A DNA stretch of 64,000 bases from an uncultured bacterium (GTDB lineage: Bacteria; Zixibacteria; MSB-5A5; JAABVY01; JAHJOQ01): NCBI GenBank assembly GCA_965369655.1, contig CBDUQR010000002.1:1-64000 (forward strand), read 5' to 3'. The notes beneath the pieces are model-generated. The model ran no database searches. It was given only the letters and a program-made list of their open reading frames with translations, and was not told where the DNA came from. Shown piece after piece: positions 29,593-39,458 of this stretch (the stretch's first letter is position 1; the number at the start of each line of letters is the position of its first letter). A program made the translations under genes and the position numbers.

Positions 29593-31833
29593 ATGATCCG
29601 AGAGAATGCGATCAGAGTCGAATTCGTTTTCATCGGCGTCGCGTCGGTGTTTACACAGGTGCTACTCCTGAGACTACTCGTCGGGCTTTTCGGCGGTTCA
29701 GATATTCTCTATGCAATCTTCATCACCGTGTGGCTGGTCGAAACAGGAGCATGGAGCTGGACAGCGGAGTTGATGTCGCGACGACGCAGGCTGCATCGAT
29801 GGTTACTGCCGATTTCATACACCGCTCTCGCTTTCTCCATTGCGGTATACTTAGCAGTGCCGATGATCAGGGAGCATATCTTCACAAGCTATGGATCTGT
29901 CCCGCTTTCGACATGTGCAGTCTTTGCCGCTGCGGTGATGCTCGTGTCGACTCTCTTTCCGGGGGCAGCATTTCCCGCAGTCTACCTGTTGCGAAAACGG
30001 ATCGAGGGCGGGGTCGGACGGGCGTACTACCTGGACACGCTCGGTTTCGCAGTCGGCGGGCTGATCCTGACTGCGATACTTGTCGTGTCGGGCAGCGATG
30101 CATGTTTGCTTATCCTGCTGCTTCCGATGGGACTTGCGGTCAATGCGATGCTGCGTCTTCGTGGTCTGTGGAGATGGGCGGCGCTGATCGTGTCTGCGGT
30201 GGCGTGCATTGTTCTTCTATATGATCCGGCGATGGATGCCGGCCGCGCCATACTTCGTATAGATCGTGACGACTGTTCGCGTTATGCCGGACTCGACGCA
30301 TCCGGAGGGCAGTATCGACAGGCGATGAGTCCATACGGTCGATTCCTGTTGGAGACCGACAATGGACAATCGTTTGTGTTCTTGAATTCGAGGCTTCTTT
30401 CGAGTACTACAGGCCGCGAGAGTGCTGAGGCCATCGTACTTCCTCTTGCGATGTGCGCTGACCTGACGCGTGTGTGTGTTGTCGGCAATGCCACTGATGG
30501 CAAAGCTCTCTTCGCGTTGATCGATCCGGCAGTTGACGTAGTCCAGATTGAACCGGACCCGATAGCTTTGTGCATCTTTCATACGATCTACTCTGATTCG
30601 ATCGCGCTCTCCGGTATCGGTGGCCGCCTGTCACTGGTTGTGGAGGACCCGACGAGGTTTCTCTCAAACACGGGACCCTTGTTCGACGTGATCTTCATCA
30701 ACTATACGGATCCGACCGGCGCGTCGACGGCGAACCTATTTACTGCCGAGTTTCTCGATCTCGCCAGATGCGCACTGAGACCGGGGGGAGTGCTGGCGTT
30801 CAGCGCGATGTGTGGCGAGAATTTCGTGCAACCGAAGAGGCTGGAGTATCTTCGGGATCTGAGACGAACGCTCGAGGAAGTGTTTCCACATACTATTGTA
30901 ATTCCCGGCGAACAGGCCATGCTGATCGGCGGTAAGAACGGAAGTCGGCTCACCGTTGATTCTCGCGAGATACTTTCGGCGCTCGATCCCTATGTGAATC
31001 ACCTGATGTACTACGGCGATGCGTATCTTCCGGATCGGCTCTCCGAATTCAGGCGTATGAGACTCGACGACCTGCTATCCCAGTCAGAGGGAAGTGTCCT
31101 GACAGTTCAGAAACCTGCTCAGATACTCGCGAATACGATACTCGAAATGGACATGCATCAGGGGATCGATTCGGATCTGCTCGGATTCATCGAGAGTATG
31201 CCGGGCTGGATTCTTTTCGGAGTCTGTCTGATCCCTCTCGGCGGCCTGACGCTGTTCGTGTCGGTGCGCCGGAGAACAGTTGGTACGCTCATCCCGGTTT
31301 TTTTCGCAGGGTGGTTTGGGCTTTCGTTCGAGATCAATATCATGATGATATACCAGGCCGTGGCTGGAAGCCTCTTTTCGAGACTCGGACTAATCGTCGG
31401 GATCTTCATGATCGGGAGTGGAGCGGGAGCGTATGTCGGCAGGGTCGTGTCGTCCGGGATCGCGAATGTTCTCACGGTACTGCGCTATGCCGTATGGTCC
31501 GGGGTTGTACTGGCGGTTCTGTCTGCATTTGCGACGCCGTGGCTTCTGTCAGACCCGGGTGCTCGCCTTATGGTGGAAGCTCTCCTGTATGTTGTCTCTG
31601 CCGTAGCCGGTTTCATTCCGGGGGCGATATTCGCACTGTCGGCAGGAGTCGGAGAGCGCAGAGGCGATACTGAATCTCCCGGCGGATTCTATGCTGCGGA
31701 TTTGATCGGCGCTGCATTTGGCGGTATTCTGACATCAGTCGCGATTCTTCCGGTACTGGGCATTCAGCCTGCGTTTCTGTTACTCGGCGCATCAGGATTC
31801 ATTGTTGGAACATATTTAGCATTCAGGACGTAG
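29593..31833 (+). CDS. Membrane protein with central spermidine-synthase-like SAM-binding domain (fused MFS/spermidine synthase type)
   Basis: TM bundles at both ends (YYLDTLG, YAADLIGA); SPYG, VVQIEPDP, FDVIFINYTDP, NLFTAEF, LRPGGVL. Confidence 0.75.
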   Translation: MIRENAIRVEFVFIGVASVFTQVLLLRLLVGLFGGSDILYAIFITVWLVETGAWSWTAELMSRRRRLHRWLLPISYTALAFSIAVYLAVPMIREHIFTSYGSVPLSTCAVFAAAVMLVSTLFPGAAFPAVYLLRKRIEGGVGRAYYLDTLGFAVGGLILTAILVVSGSDACLLILLLPMGLAVNAMLRLRGLWRWAALIVSAVACIVLLYDPAMDAGRAILRIDRDDCSRYAGLDASGGQYRQAMSPYGRFLLETDNGQSFVFLNSRLLSSTTGRESAEAIVLPLAMCADLTRVCVVGNATDGKALFALIDPAVDVVQIEPDPIALCIFHTIYSDSIALSGIGGRLSLVVEDPTRFLSNTGPLFDVIFINYTDPTGASTANLFTAEFLDLARCALRPGGVLAFSAMCGENFVQPKRLEYLRDLRRTLEEVFPHTIVIPGEQAMLIGGKNGSRLTVDSREILSALDPYVNHLMYYGDAYLPDRLSEFRRMRLDDLLSQSEGSVLTVQKPAQILANTILEMDMHQGIDSDLLGFIESMPGWILFGVCLIPLGGLTLFVSVRRRTVGTLIPVFFAGWFGLSFEINIMMIYQAVAGSLFSRLGLIVGIFMIGSGAGAYVGRVVSSGIANVLTVLRYAVWSGVVLAVLSAFATPWLLSDPGARLMVEALLYVVSAVAGFIPGAIFALSAGVGERRGDTESPGGFYAADLIGAAFGGILTSVAILPVLGIQPAFLLLGASGFIVGTYLAFRT

Positions 31834-31900
31834 TCGCTAAAATGATGTGCATAGGATTCGGTAGCGGAGTTTGCAACTTCTATCGAAGTGTCCATAGTGA

Positions 31901-31928
31901 TTGACAAAGTAGTAAATATTCGTATGAT
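31901..31928 (+). promoter_or_regulatory. Putative sigma70 promoter of the efflux operon
   Basis: TTGACA-16 nt-TATGAT, ending 9 nt before the ATG. Confidence 0.55.
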
Positions 31929-31937
31929 TCATCACCG

Positions 31938-33305
31938 ATGAGATGCATGATGTTCACACTTATTGCGCTCGTGCTGCTGATTTGTACCGGGAGCACTGCG
32001 GCGGCTGTGAAGATCACGCTGGATCAGGCGGTCCGGAAGGCTCTGGGGGAGAACTACGAACTGAAATCAAAGCTCTACGATGTCGATGCCAGGCGGTGGG
32101 GATTGCGCGGAGCCATCACTAAGTTTCTTCCACGGGTTACGTTCAGCACGGCCTACAGCAAGGTCGATGAGTTCACGAACAGGACTCAGAACGCCCCGCT
32201 TGAATTCTTCAGAGAGTTTGTGCCGGACATCAAGCTGATTCCGAGGAAATCATATTCGTCCGAGCTGACTGTCTCTCAGCCGATTTTCAACGGCGGTTCG
32301 CTGTGGGCGAATCTCTCCGCCGCGAAAAACGGCATGAAGGCGAGCCGGTACGCGTATTTCGAATCGCGTCTGAGCACAATACTCGAAACCAAACAGGCAT
32401 ATTTCAATGTCCTTAGGGCTGAGGATCTTGTTCGTATCCGGCAGGAATCTGTTGAGTTGGCTGAAGATTTTTTCAGAAGAGCGAAGAAGAAATTGTCGCT
32501 CGGAATGATATCCAATGTTGATGCGCTGCGCTGGGAGTTGCAGCTTGCACAGAACAGGGCAGAGCTGATAGACGCAGAGAGAAACCTCGATCTGGCGGAG
32601 CTTGCGTTCCGAAGGATTATCGGCGCTATGCTCGATGAAAAGTACGATCTCGAACGCATTCCGGAGCAGGTGCTTGCCGAAGTGCTGACATCTGTAGAGG
32701 ACTCACTGGGAGGAGATAGCGATCTCCTGACGGACAGACTGAAGCGCGAAGCTGCGTCCGGATCGCCAATGCTGGAATCGGTCCATGCCGCCACCGCCGT
32801 GAAGCGCGCGCTGTATCGGCAGAAGTATTCTCTCTTTCAGCCGAGCCTGAATTTCAACTACTCGTATACGTGGGAGACGGATGACGATGTCGTGCCTGAC
32901 GGAATCGAGACATGGCGCGCTTCAGTGGTACTCAGCTTCCCGCTGTTTTCCAGCTTTGGTGATTACGCAGGGCTGAGAGAAGCCAGGGCGGACCTCAAGA
33001 GCAGCGAGGCGATGGAAAGAGATGTTGAACGATCGCACATGGTGCTGGTCGAGTCGACCATATTTAATCTGCGTGCGGCTTTGCAGCGTGTCGAGACATC
33101 GAGAATCGGCAGGGACGTGGCGAGAGAAAACCTCGATGTTGTCGAGAATAGATTCGACAACGGATTGATTGATAACCTGAATCTTATCGATGCACAAATC
33201 TTTCTCACGAAGGCCGAAGCGGAATACGTGTCGTCGCTGTACGGTTTTCTGACAGTGCGAGCCGAGTTGGACAAGCTTCTTGGCCGTGAGCGTGTTGGTC
33301 TTTGA
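31938..33305 (+). CDS. TolC-family outer membrane efflux protein
   Basis: Signal peptide; ITLDQAVRKAL, FLPRV, VSQPIFNGG, AYFNVL, LSFPLF. Confidence 0.9.
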   Translation: MRCMMFTLIALVLLICTGSTAAAVKITLDQAVRKALGENYELKSKLYDVDARRWGLRGAITKFLPRVTFSTAYSKVDEFTNRTQNAPLEFFREFVPDIKLIPRKSYSSELTVSQPIFNGGSLWANLSAAKNGMKASRYAYFESRLSTILETKQAYFNVLRAEDLVRIRQESVELAEDFFRRAKKKLSLGMISNVDALRWELQLAQNRAELIDAERNLDLAELAFRRIIGAMLDEKYDLERIPEQVLAEVLTSVEDSLGGDSDLLTDRLKREAASGSPMLESVHAATAVKRALYRQKYSLFQPSLNFNYSYTWETDDDVVPDGIETWRASVVLSFPLFSSFGDYAGLREARADLKSSEAMERDVERSHMVLVESTIFNLRAALQRVETSRIGRDVARENLDVVENRFDNGLIDNLNLIDAQIFLTKAEAEYVSSLYGFLTVRAELDKLLGRERVGL

Positions 33306-33328
33306 TTGTCGATCGAAGGGATGGAATT

Positions 33329-34411
33329 ATGCGAAATGTGGCGCAGGCGATAACTGCCGGGCTTATCACGTTGCTGATTGCAGCGTGTGGCGGCGAATCT
33401 TCTGACAATAATAATGTGAGCGATGGACCGCAAGCCGTTCCGGTCGAGGTAATGATTGTGCAGCGCGGGGACGTTTCCAGGTATGTCGATGCGGTTGGCA
33501 CGGTCGAGGCCCTCTATGACGCGGACATCAGTGCGGAGACCTCCGGACAGCTCTTGAGCATCGCGAGCGATGTGGGCAGTTGGGTTTTCTCCGGCGATGC
33601 AGTGGTCATACTCGATGACGAAACGCAGATGTTGCAGCTCGATATTTGCAAAGCGCAACTCGATATCGCTGAAGCAGCGCACGAGAAGGCCGTGAAGGAC
33701 CTCGTGAGGATAGAGGATCTTTATGCCTCTCACGACATTTCCGAGTCGGAGTTTGAGCTAACCAGGCTGATGGCGAAATCCGCGAAGGGTGAGCTTGATC
33801 TTGCACTTGCGTCCCATGCTCTTGGTTTGAAAGTGCTCGACGACACTCGTATCTCCGCGCCGTTTGACGGCGAAATCACGGCCGTATATGTTGACCCGGG
33901 AGAGATGGTTGCGCTCGGACAGATTGTCTTCACTATTGTACGGACAGATACGATTGAGATCAACGTGGAAGTCTCGGTTGAGGATGCCCTGTCTCTCTGG
34001 CCGGGTATGGACGCTGATATCCGTTCGAGATCAATTCCGGATACAGTCTTTTACGGGATTCTGCATTCGGTATCAGTCAAAGCGAGCGAAGTAACAAAGA
34101 GGTACCCTGTTCGAGTACTGGTTCCAAACGAATGCGGGACTCTTCTGCCCGGCATGCATACTGAGATAAGAATCATTACCGGCAGCATCTCGGATGCGAT
34201 TATTGTTCCACTTGATGCCATACTCAATCGCAATGGAAAGAGAGTGGTGTTTGTCGTTGAAAACGGAGTGGCTGTAATGAGGGAAGTCAGCATCGTTGCA
34301 AAACAGTCTACCGATGTCGTGCTTTCATCAGGAATTGCGGCCGGGGAGACACTTGTTGTCGTTGGACAGCACAGCCTTCGGGACGGCCAGGAAGTCACAA
34401 TCACCGAGTAG
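33329..34411 (+). CDS. RND efflux periplasmic adaptor (MFP), lipoprotein
   Basis: Lipobox LIAAC; GTVEA, ISAPFDGEI, LLPGM, IVPLDAI. Confidence 0.9.
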   Translation: MRNVAQAITAGLITLLIAACGGESSDNNNVSDGPQAVPVEVMIVQRGDVSRYVDAVGTVEALYDADISAETSGQLLSIASDVGSWVFSGDAVVILDDETQMLQLDICKAQLDIAEAAHEKAVKDLVRIEDLYASHDISESEFELTRLMAKSAKGELDLALASHALGLKVLDDTRISAPFDGEITAVYVDPGEMVALGQIVFTIVRTDTIEINVEVSVEDALSLWPGMDADIRSRSIPDTVFYGILHSVSVKASEVTKRYPVRVLVPNECGTLLPGMHTEIRIITGSISDAIIVPLDAILNRNGKRVVFVVENGVAVMREVSIVAKQSTDVVLSSGIAAGETLVVVGQHSLRDGQEVTITE

Positions 34412-34413
34412 TC

Positions 34414-37400
34414 ATGAGCAAGATATCCAACTACGCTGTCAATAACCCGGTCGTCGTGAACCTGTTGATGATCGGGATCATCGTCATCGGCCTGTTCTGG
34501 GCTATGCCGGGCTTGCCCCGAGAGCTTATCCCTGAGATGTCGATGAACTGGGGGTTCATTATCGTCCCATATCCGGGTGTTGCTCCTGACGAGATCGAGC
34601 AATACGTGACTATCCCGGTTGAAGACGAGGTTGAAGGTATCGACGGGATCGAGACGATTACCTCAACGAGTTCCGAGGGTCTTTCTCAAGTCTCTGTGAA
34701 ATTCGAGACGATGTCGGATGATGAATTCGACAAGCGTTTCCAGGATCTCGAATCGAGAGTGAACTCGATGCGTGATCTGCCGGATGGGGCGGAGGATCCG
34801 ATCATCATCGATTTCGGTACCGCGGAAATGCTGCCGATGGTTTCGGTTGTCATCTCGGGCGACATTCCCGAGGCCGAAATGAAAGCGATTGCCGAGGATC
34901 TCCGCGACGTCATCGAGGACATCGACGATGTCTCGAAGGCCGACATCTATGGCCTGCGCGAACGAGAGATATGGGTGGAGGTCAGTTCCTCGAAGTTAGA
35001 GTATTATGGACTGACTCTCGGCCATATCGTGACGGCCTTGAACTCGCAGAACGTGTCGATACCCGGCGGCAGGATTGACGTTGGGCGCGAAGAGTATCTG
35101 CTCCGTACGGTCGGTCAGTTCGATTCGGTCGATGAGATGCGCGATGTGATCGTGGCCTCGACGCCGGACGGCGGATTCATCAGGCTCTCGGATATCGCCG
35201 AAATCTCTGATACTTTCGAGAAACGTACCACAACTTCGAGATACAACGACCAGAAATCGATGACGATCTCGACATCGAAGAAATCGAACGGGAATACGAT
35301 CGCGCTGATAAAGCAGATCAGGCAGACATGCGAGTATTACGAGACGAAGCTGCCGCCCGGTGTGACGATTTCGATCTCCAGCGATACCGGCATCATGATT
35401 GATGAGATTCTCTCCACGTTGACAAACAACGCGTATTTCGGCCTCATACTCGTGTTGATCCTGTTGACGATTGTCATGGGCTGGCGCAATGCGCTGTTTG
35501 CGGCGATCGGCATCCCGATATCGTTCATGCTGACGTTCATATTCCTCTGGGCCAGCGGGGAGTCATTCAACGGGAACTCACTCTTCGGACTTGTGCTTGT
35601 CCTCGGAGTCGTTGTCGATGATGCGATCATCATAATCGAAAACAGCTATCGCTATTTTCAACAGGGTTACAGCTCACATCAGGCAGCCAAACTCGGTACG
35701 GCAGAGGTAGTCGGCCCGGTTACAGCAGCCACAGCAACAACTATCGCAGTATTTCTTCCTCTGATGTTTGTTCCGGGCATAATCGGGAAGTTCATGAGAA
35801 TCGTACCGATTACAGTCTGCCTGACGCTCATAGCTTCTCTTTTCGAGTCATTCGTGATACTCCCGTCGCATTTCGCGGAGTGGAGCGGCAAACTTAGGTC
35901 AAGGAAGAAGAAGCACAGACCCTGGTTCGGAAAGCTGCGTCGCCGGTATATAAAGATGCTGGCATTCACGATCCGCCGTCGCTATGTCGCGGTTTCCTCG
36001 ATTGTGGTGCTACTCTTCGTAGCGGGCGTATTCATCGTCGCGGTAGTGGGTGTGGAGCTGTTTCGCGAAGACGAGATGGATATGATGCAGATATTCGTTC
36101 AGCTTCCACCGGGAACACGAATCGAAACGACTGATGAAATTCTCAGGGATATCGAACAGCTTGTCTGGAAACTCCCGGATGGTGAGGTCGAATCCGTTAT
36201 TGGCACCGGTGGTGTTATGCAGACGGACAAGGAGTGGCTGCAACGGACGTATGTCGGGCAAGTGGTGGTTAATCTGAGGAACAAGAAAGAGCGACTCTAT
36301 ACGGGGCCGCAGTTGCGCGCGATGATGGATTCGCTGATCAGGCCGCTGATCGCCGGAACCGAGGACATTAGAGTTGCAACTATCAATACCGGTCCGCCTG
36401 TGGGAGCGCCAATCGAGTTCAAGATCAAGGGGAAACATTTCGATCAACTCGAAAAGCTTGCCGATGAACTCAAAGACTCGCTCGCGACAGTTCCGGGCGT
36501 CTACAGCATCAACGACGATTTCCAGCTTGGCAAGAGGGAGCTTAAGGTCGAGGTCGATATCGAGCGCGCGGCGATGCTCGGTCTCGACGTCGCAACGGTC
36601 GCTGCGGCTGTCGGCGGCGCATTCGACGGGATCCCGGCTGGCGTGTACCGGGATGGCGACGACGAGGTCGATATAATCGTCAAGTATGATAGGGGAAGCA
36701 GGAACGAACTTGATGATCTTCAGAATCTCAAGATCATGAACAGGTTCGGTCAGTTGATCGCATTCAGGGATGTTGCCACGGTCCAGACCGATCAGGGCTA
36801 CGCTGACATCCATCGATTCGATGGCGACAGGGCGATCACCGTCTCGGCTGAAATCGACAAGGCGCAGAGCACTATCGACGTTGCTATCAACAAAATTGTC
36901 GAATCATACGAAGCGATCTCTCCAAAATACCCAGGGTACAGGATCGACTTCGGCGGAGAATTCAAAGAATTCGAGACAGCGTTCGACAATATCATAATGC
37001 TTTTCATGGTCGGAATGATACTGATATATGCTATCCTCGGCGCACAGTTCAAATCGTTTGCGCAGCCGCTCATTATCATGTTTACGATACCGTTCGCTGT
37101 GATCGGCGCGGCGCTCGGACTGTTCGTGACGGGCAATCCGTTTTCGATCGCCACCATGTACGGCATCGTGGCACTTGCGGGGATCGTGGTGAACGACTCG
37201 CTCGTATTGATCAGCTTCGTCAACAGCCGTCGTGTGACAGGAGCGGAGAGGCTTCGCGCTGTCATGAAAGCCGGCCTGATCCGGCTGCGACCAATCATCC
37301 TGACGTCGATCACTACGATATTTGGTCTTCTGCCGATGACGCTCGGTCTTGGCGGTAAATCCTTGACATGGTCACCGCTCGCGAACACGATCGTCTGGGG

Positions 37401-37545
37401 GCTCTCAGTCGCGACATTGATGACGCTCTTTATCATTCCAGCGCTGTATCTGATAGTCAGCGACATATCGAGATACTTCGGGGTGTCGAGATTCAAATCC
37501 GATGTAACAGACAGATCGCTGAGAAAGAGATTCCTGACTCGATAG
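34414..37545 (+). CDS. RND efflux permease (AcrB/AcrD/AcrF family)
   Basis: 1043 aa; LGVVVDDAIIIIEN, GIVVNDSLVLI, RLRPIILTSITT. Confidence 0.93.
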   Translation: MSKISNYAVNNPVVVNLLMIGIIVIGLFWAMPGLPRELIPEMSMNWGFIIVPYPGVAPDEIEQYVTIPVEDEVEGIDGIETITSTSSEGLSQVSVKFETMSDDEFDKRFQDLESRVNSMRDLPDGAEDPIIIDFGTAEMLPMVSVVISGDIPEAEMKAIAEDLRDVIEDIDDVSKADIYGLREREIWVEVSSSKLEYYGLTLGHIVTALNSQNVSIPGGRIDVGREEYLLRTVGQFDSVDEMRDVIVASTPDGGFIRLSDIAEISDTFEKRTTTSRYNDQKSMTISTSKKSNGNTIALIKQIRQTCEYYETKLPPGVTISISSDTGIMIDEILSTLTNNAYFGLILVLILLTIVMGWRNALFAAIGIPISFMLTFIFLWASGESFNGNSLFGLVLVLGVVVDDAIIIIENSYRYFQQGYSSHQAAKLGTAEVVGPVTAATATTIAVFLPLMFVPGIIGKFMRIVPITVCLTLIASLFESFVILPSHFAEWSGKLRSRKKKHRPWFGKLRRRYIKMLAFTIRRRYVAVSSIVVLLFVAGVFIVAVVGVELFREDEMDMMQIFVQLPPGTRIETTDEILRDIEQLVWKLPDGEVESVIGTGGVMQTDKEWLQRTYVGQVVVNLRNKKERLYTGPQLRAMMDSLIRPLIAGTEDIRVATINTGPPVGAPIEFKIKGKHFDQLEKLADELKDSLATVPGVYSINDDFQLGKRELKVEVDIERAAMLGLDVATVAAAVGGAFDGIPAGVYRDGDDEVDIIVKYDRGSRNELDDLQNLKIMNRFGQLIAFRDVATVQTDQGYADIHRFDGDRAITVSAEIDKAQSTIDVAINKIVESYEAISPKYPGYRIDFGGEFKEFETAFDNIIMLFMVGMILIYAILGAQFKSFAQPLIIMFTIPFAVIGAALGLFVTGNPFSIATMYGIVALAGIVVNDSLVLISFVNSRRVTGAERLRAVMKAGLIRLRPIILTSITTIFGLLPMTLGLGGKSLTWSPLANTIVWGLSVATLMTLFIIPALYLIVSDISRYFGVSRFKSDVTDRSLRKRFLTR

Positions 37546-37595
37546 CTAAGTAGAACACAACTCGAAAATTCTATTCCACCAGCAAAGAAAGTATC

Positions 37596-37624
37596 TTGAC
37601 TAATCTGTCGACTTGTGGTATAAT
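37596..37624 (+). promoter_or_regulatory. Near-consensus sigma70 promoter with extended -10
   Basis: TTGACT-17 nt-TATAAT preceded by TGG. Confidence 0.7.
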
Positions 37625-37741
37625 TTCTATACAAGAGCGCGGTAATAGCTTCTACCCCTCCTATTTTATCACCGTCGTATCAAGGTGTACTGGTGCACCT
37701 GATTGCATCAGAACAACAAACAACTTCATAAGGAGGACGCC

Positions 37742-38578
37742 ATGAAGTGTTCGACCAGTATCATCCTGACAATCCTGCTGTCGATTTCGTTTATTGGCAG
37801 TACGGCATTGGCACAATTACCGGGGGACTGCAACGGATCTGGAGGAATCGACATCGACGACGTGGTTTTAATCACATCCTACTTGTTGGAAGGGGACCAA
37901 GTTCCGACACCGGAATCAAGATCGAACTGTGACTGTGACAATAACCCTGGAATCTCGTTGGCTGATGCAGCGTTTATTATAGAAAGCATCTTCAATGGTC
38001 AGCAGTTGTTCCCGCCGACTGGCACAAAACTGACCAGGGGTTCCAGATCGACGATGTTCACAGGCGGACGGGCTACCGGGCTTCCGGGCATGGACAGGAT
38101 AACTGTCCACATCGCAGTCGAGCCAAATGAAACCATCAACGGATTTCTGATACCGTTCTCTTACGCTTCACTGGCAGGCGACGCGGATATAAGCCTGACA
38201 AGCGTCGATTTTACGGGTTCCCTTCTTGAAGGATCGATAGTAGCGGTTATTGACGATTCGAACAAGGTTCTCATGCTGTATGATGATCCACTTGCTCCGC
38301 CGAGTCTTACAGGGGGGACAATTGGACTTCTGGCCACTGTCTACTTCACCCAGAATGCTCCCGGGAACGCTGTAGCGCTTCTCAAGACATCGACCGACAG
38401 GGTATCGCCGCTGCTCTTCCCGGAAGATTTTGTGAGTGATGATGGAGCACGGGTGCTTTATCCGGGCTTTGTCGAAAGGCCTATTGGCGATATTGACTGT
38501 TCATACTCCGTGGATATTGACGATGTTGTTGGAATGATAGGTTACATTTTTTCCGGCTTGCCGATCTGTTACTGGTAG
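37742..38578 (+). CDS. Secreted dockerin - cohesin-like - half-dockerin protein
   Basis: Signal peptide; PGDCNGSGGIDIDDVV, DCDNNPGISLAD; central GFLIPFSY..LTSVDFTGS..GLLATVYF; GDIDCSYSVDIDDVVGMIGYIF. Confidence 0.7.
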   Translation: MKCSTSIILTILLSISFIGSTALAQLPGDCNGSGGIDIDDVVLITSYLLEGDQVPTPESRSNCDCDNNPGISLADAAFIIESIFNGQQLFPPTGTKLTRGSRSTMFTGGRATGLPGMDRITVHIAVEPNETINGFLIPFSYASLAGDADISLTSVDFTGSLLEGSIVAVIDDSNKVLMLYDDPLAPPSLTGGTIGLLATVYFTQNAPGNAVALLKTSTDRVSPLLFPEDFVSDDGARVLYPGFVERPIGDIDCSYSVDIDDVVGMIGYIFSGLPICYW

Positions 38579-38710
38579 CAAAATACCTGGGTCAGGACTG
38601 CCTGTCACTCGTCTCAGGACGAACAGGGGTCCTGACCTGTTACTCCTGGATTATCCTGGCAACGCTCGATGGTATCCATCCTGTTTCGCCATCCGATTTC
38701 CGGCATTGAA

Positions 38711-39010
38711 GAGCGTGTAAGTATTTTATGTAAGCGGCCATGATGTGTATTGATTTGAAGGAGGATACACATGGTCGACAAGCGCGACGATGCAGACAAG
38801 CTCATTGATGAGCTGATCGCAGGCTAAGTTCCCGAGGAGATAGTTGGCGAGGGTGGTCTACAGCAAGCCCTTACCAAACGGGTCTACGAACGGGCTTTTG
38901 AGGTGGAGATGACGCATCATCTGGGTTACCCGCCCAGAGCCCCCGAGGGCAGGAACACGGGCAACTCCCGTAATGGAAAGACCACCAAAACAGTCAAGAC
39001 CGGGACCGAG
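38711..39010 (+). pseudogene. IS256-family transposase 5' remnant with candidate left IR
   Basis: From ATG 38771: MVDKRDDADKLIDELIAG*VPEEIVGEGGLQQALTKRVYERAFEVEMTHHLGY...GNSRNGKTTKTVKT; in-frame TAA; truncated; IR-like gagcgtgtaagtattttatgt at 38711. Confidence 0.8.
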
Positions 39011-39099
39011 TCGGTCGCAGATCCCGTCATTGACCCCGATCTTCTCCCTCCGGGATCCCGTGGGAGAGGGGATCCTGAGGGAGTTGCATTTCTGCCGAA

Positions 39100-39375
39100 A
39101 CTACCTTTTGGGACAACCTCTCCACATGTGCCGATGGCGTTCAAGGTGGGGCAGACTCTTCGAGGCACAGGACTCGCGAGGAGAGGCTGTCCCAAAAGTA
39201 GGTCGTGTTCCGAACCTGATGTAATTCGGTCTCTGATCCCGATCCCGAGGGACTGGCAGGCTTCGCCTGCTGCGGAACGCCGACCTACTGGAGACCAGGA
39301 CTTATGAGACAACCTCAGGACGTCTGCCGCCCACAGGAAACAGATCGCCACGTCGCTGTCGCTCCTCGCGATGAC
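39100..39375. repeat. REP/MITE cluster, including MITE 39183-39316
   Basis: cttttgggacaacctc (39105-39120); gaggctgtcccaaaagtaggtcgtgttc...ggaacgccgacctac...cttatgagacaacctc; ggacgtctgccgcccac; GTC-type REP. Confidence 0.75.
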
Positions 39376-39458
39376 GTCGATTCCTGTTCACACCATGAGG
39401 GTTTTCTTAACAAGCCCGTCCTTTCCGGTTGCGATTGCTATATCCGATCAGTTGTCTG

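Noticed and set aside
37690-37708. Sigma54 promoter tggtgcacctgattgca
   Set aside because: GG-to-GC spacing is 11 rather than 10, and a good sigma70 promoter lies upstream
38903-39351. 134-aa and 141-aa ORFs as real genes
   Set aside because: Read-through of the IS256 remnant into REP/MITE sequence
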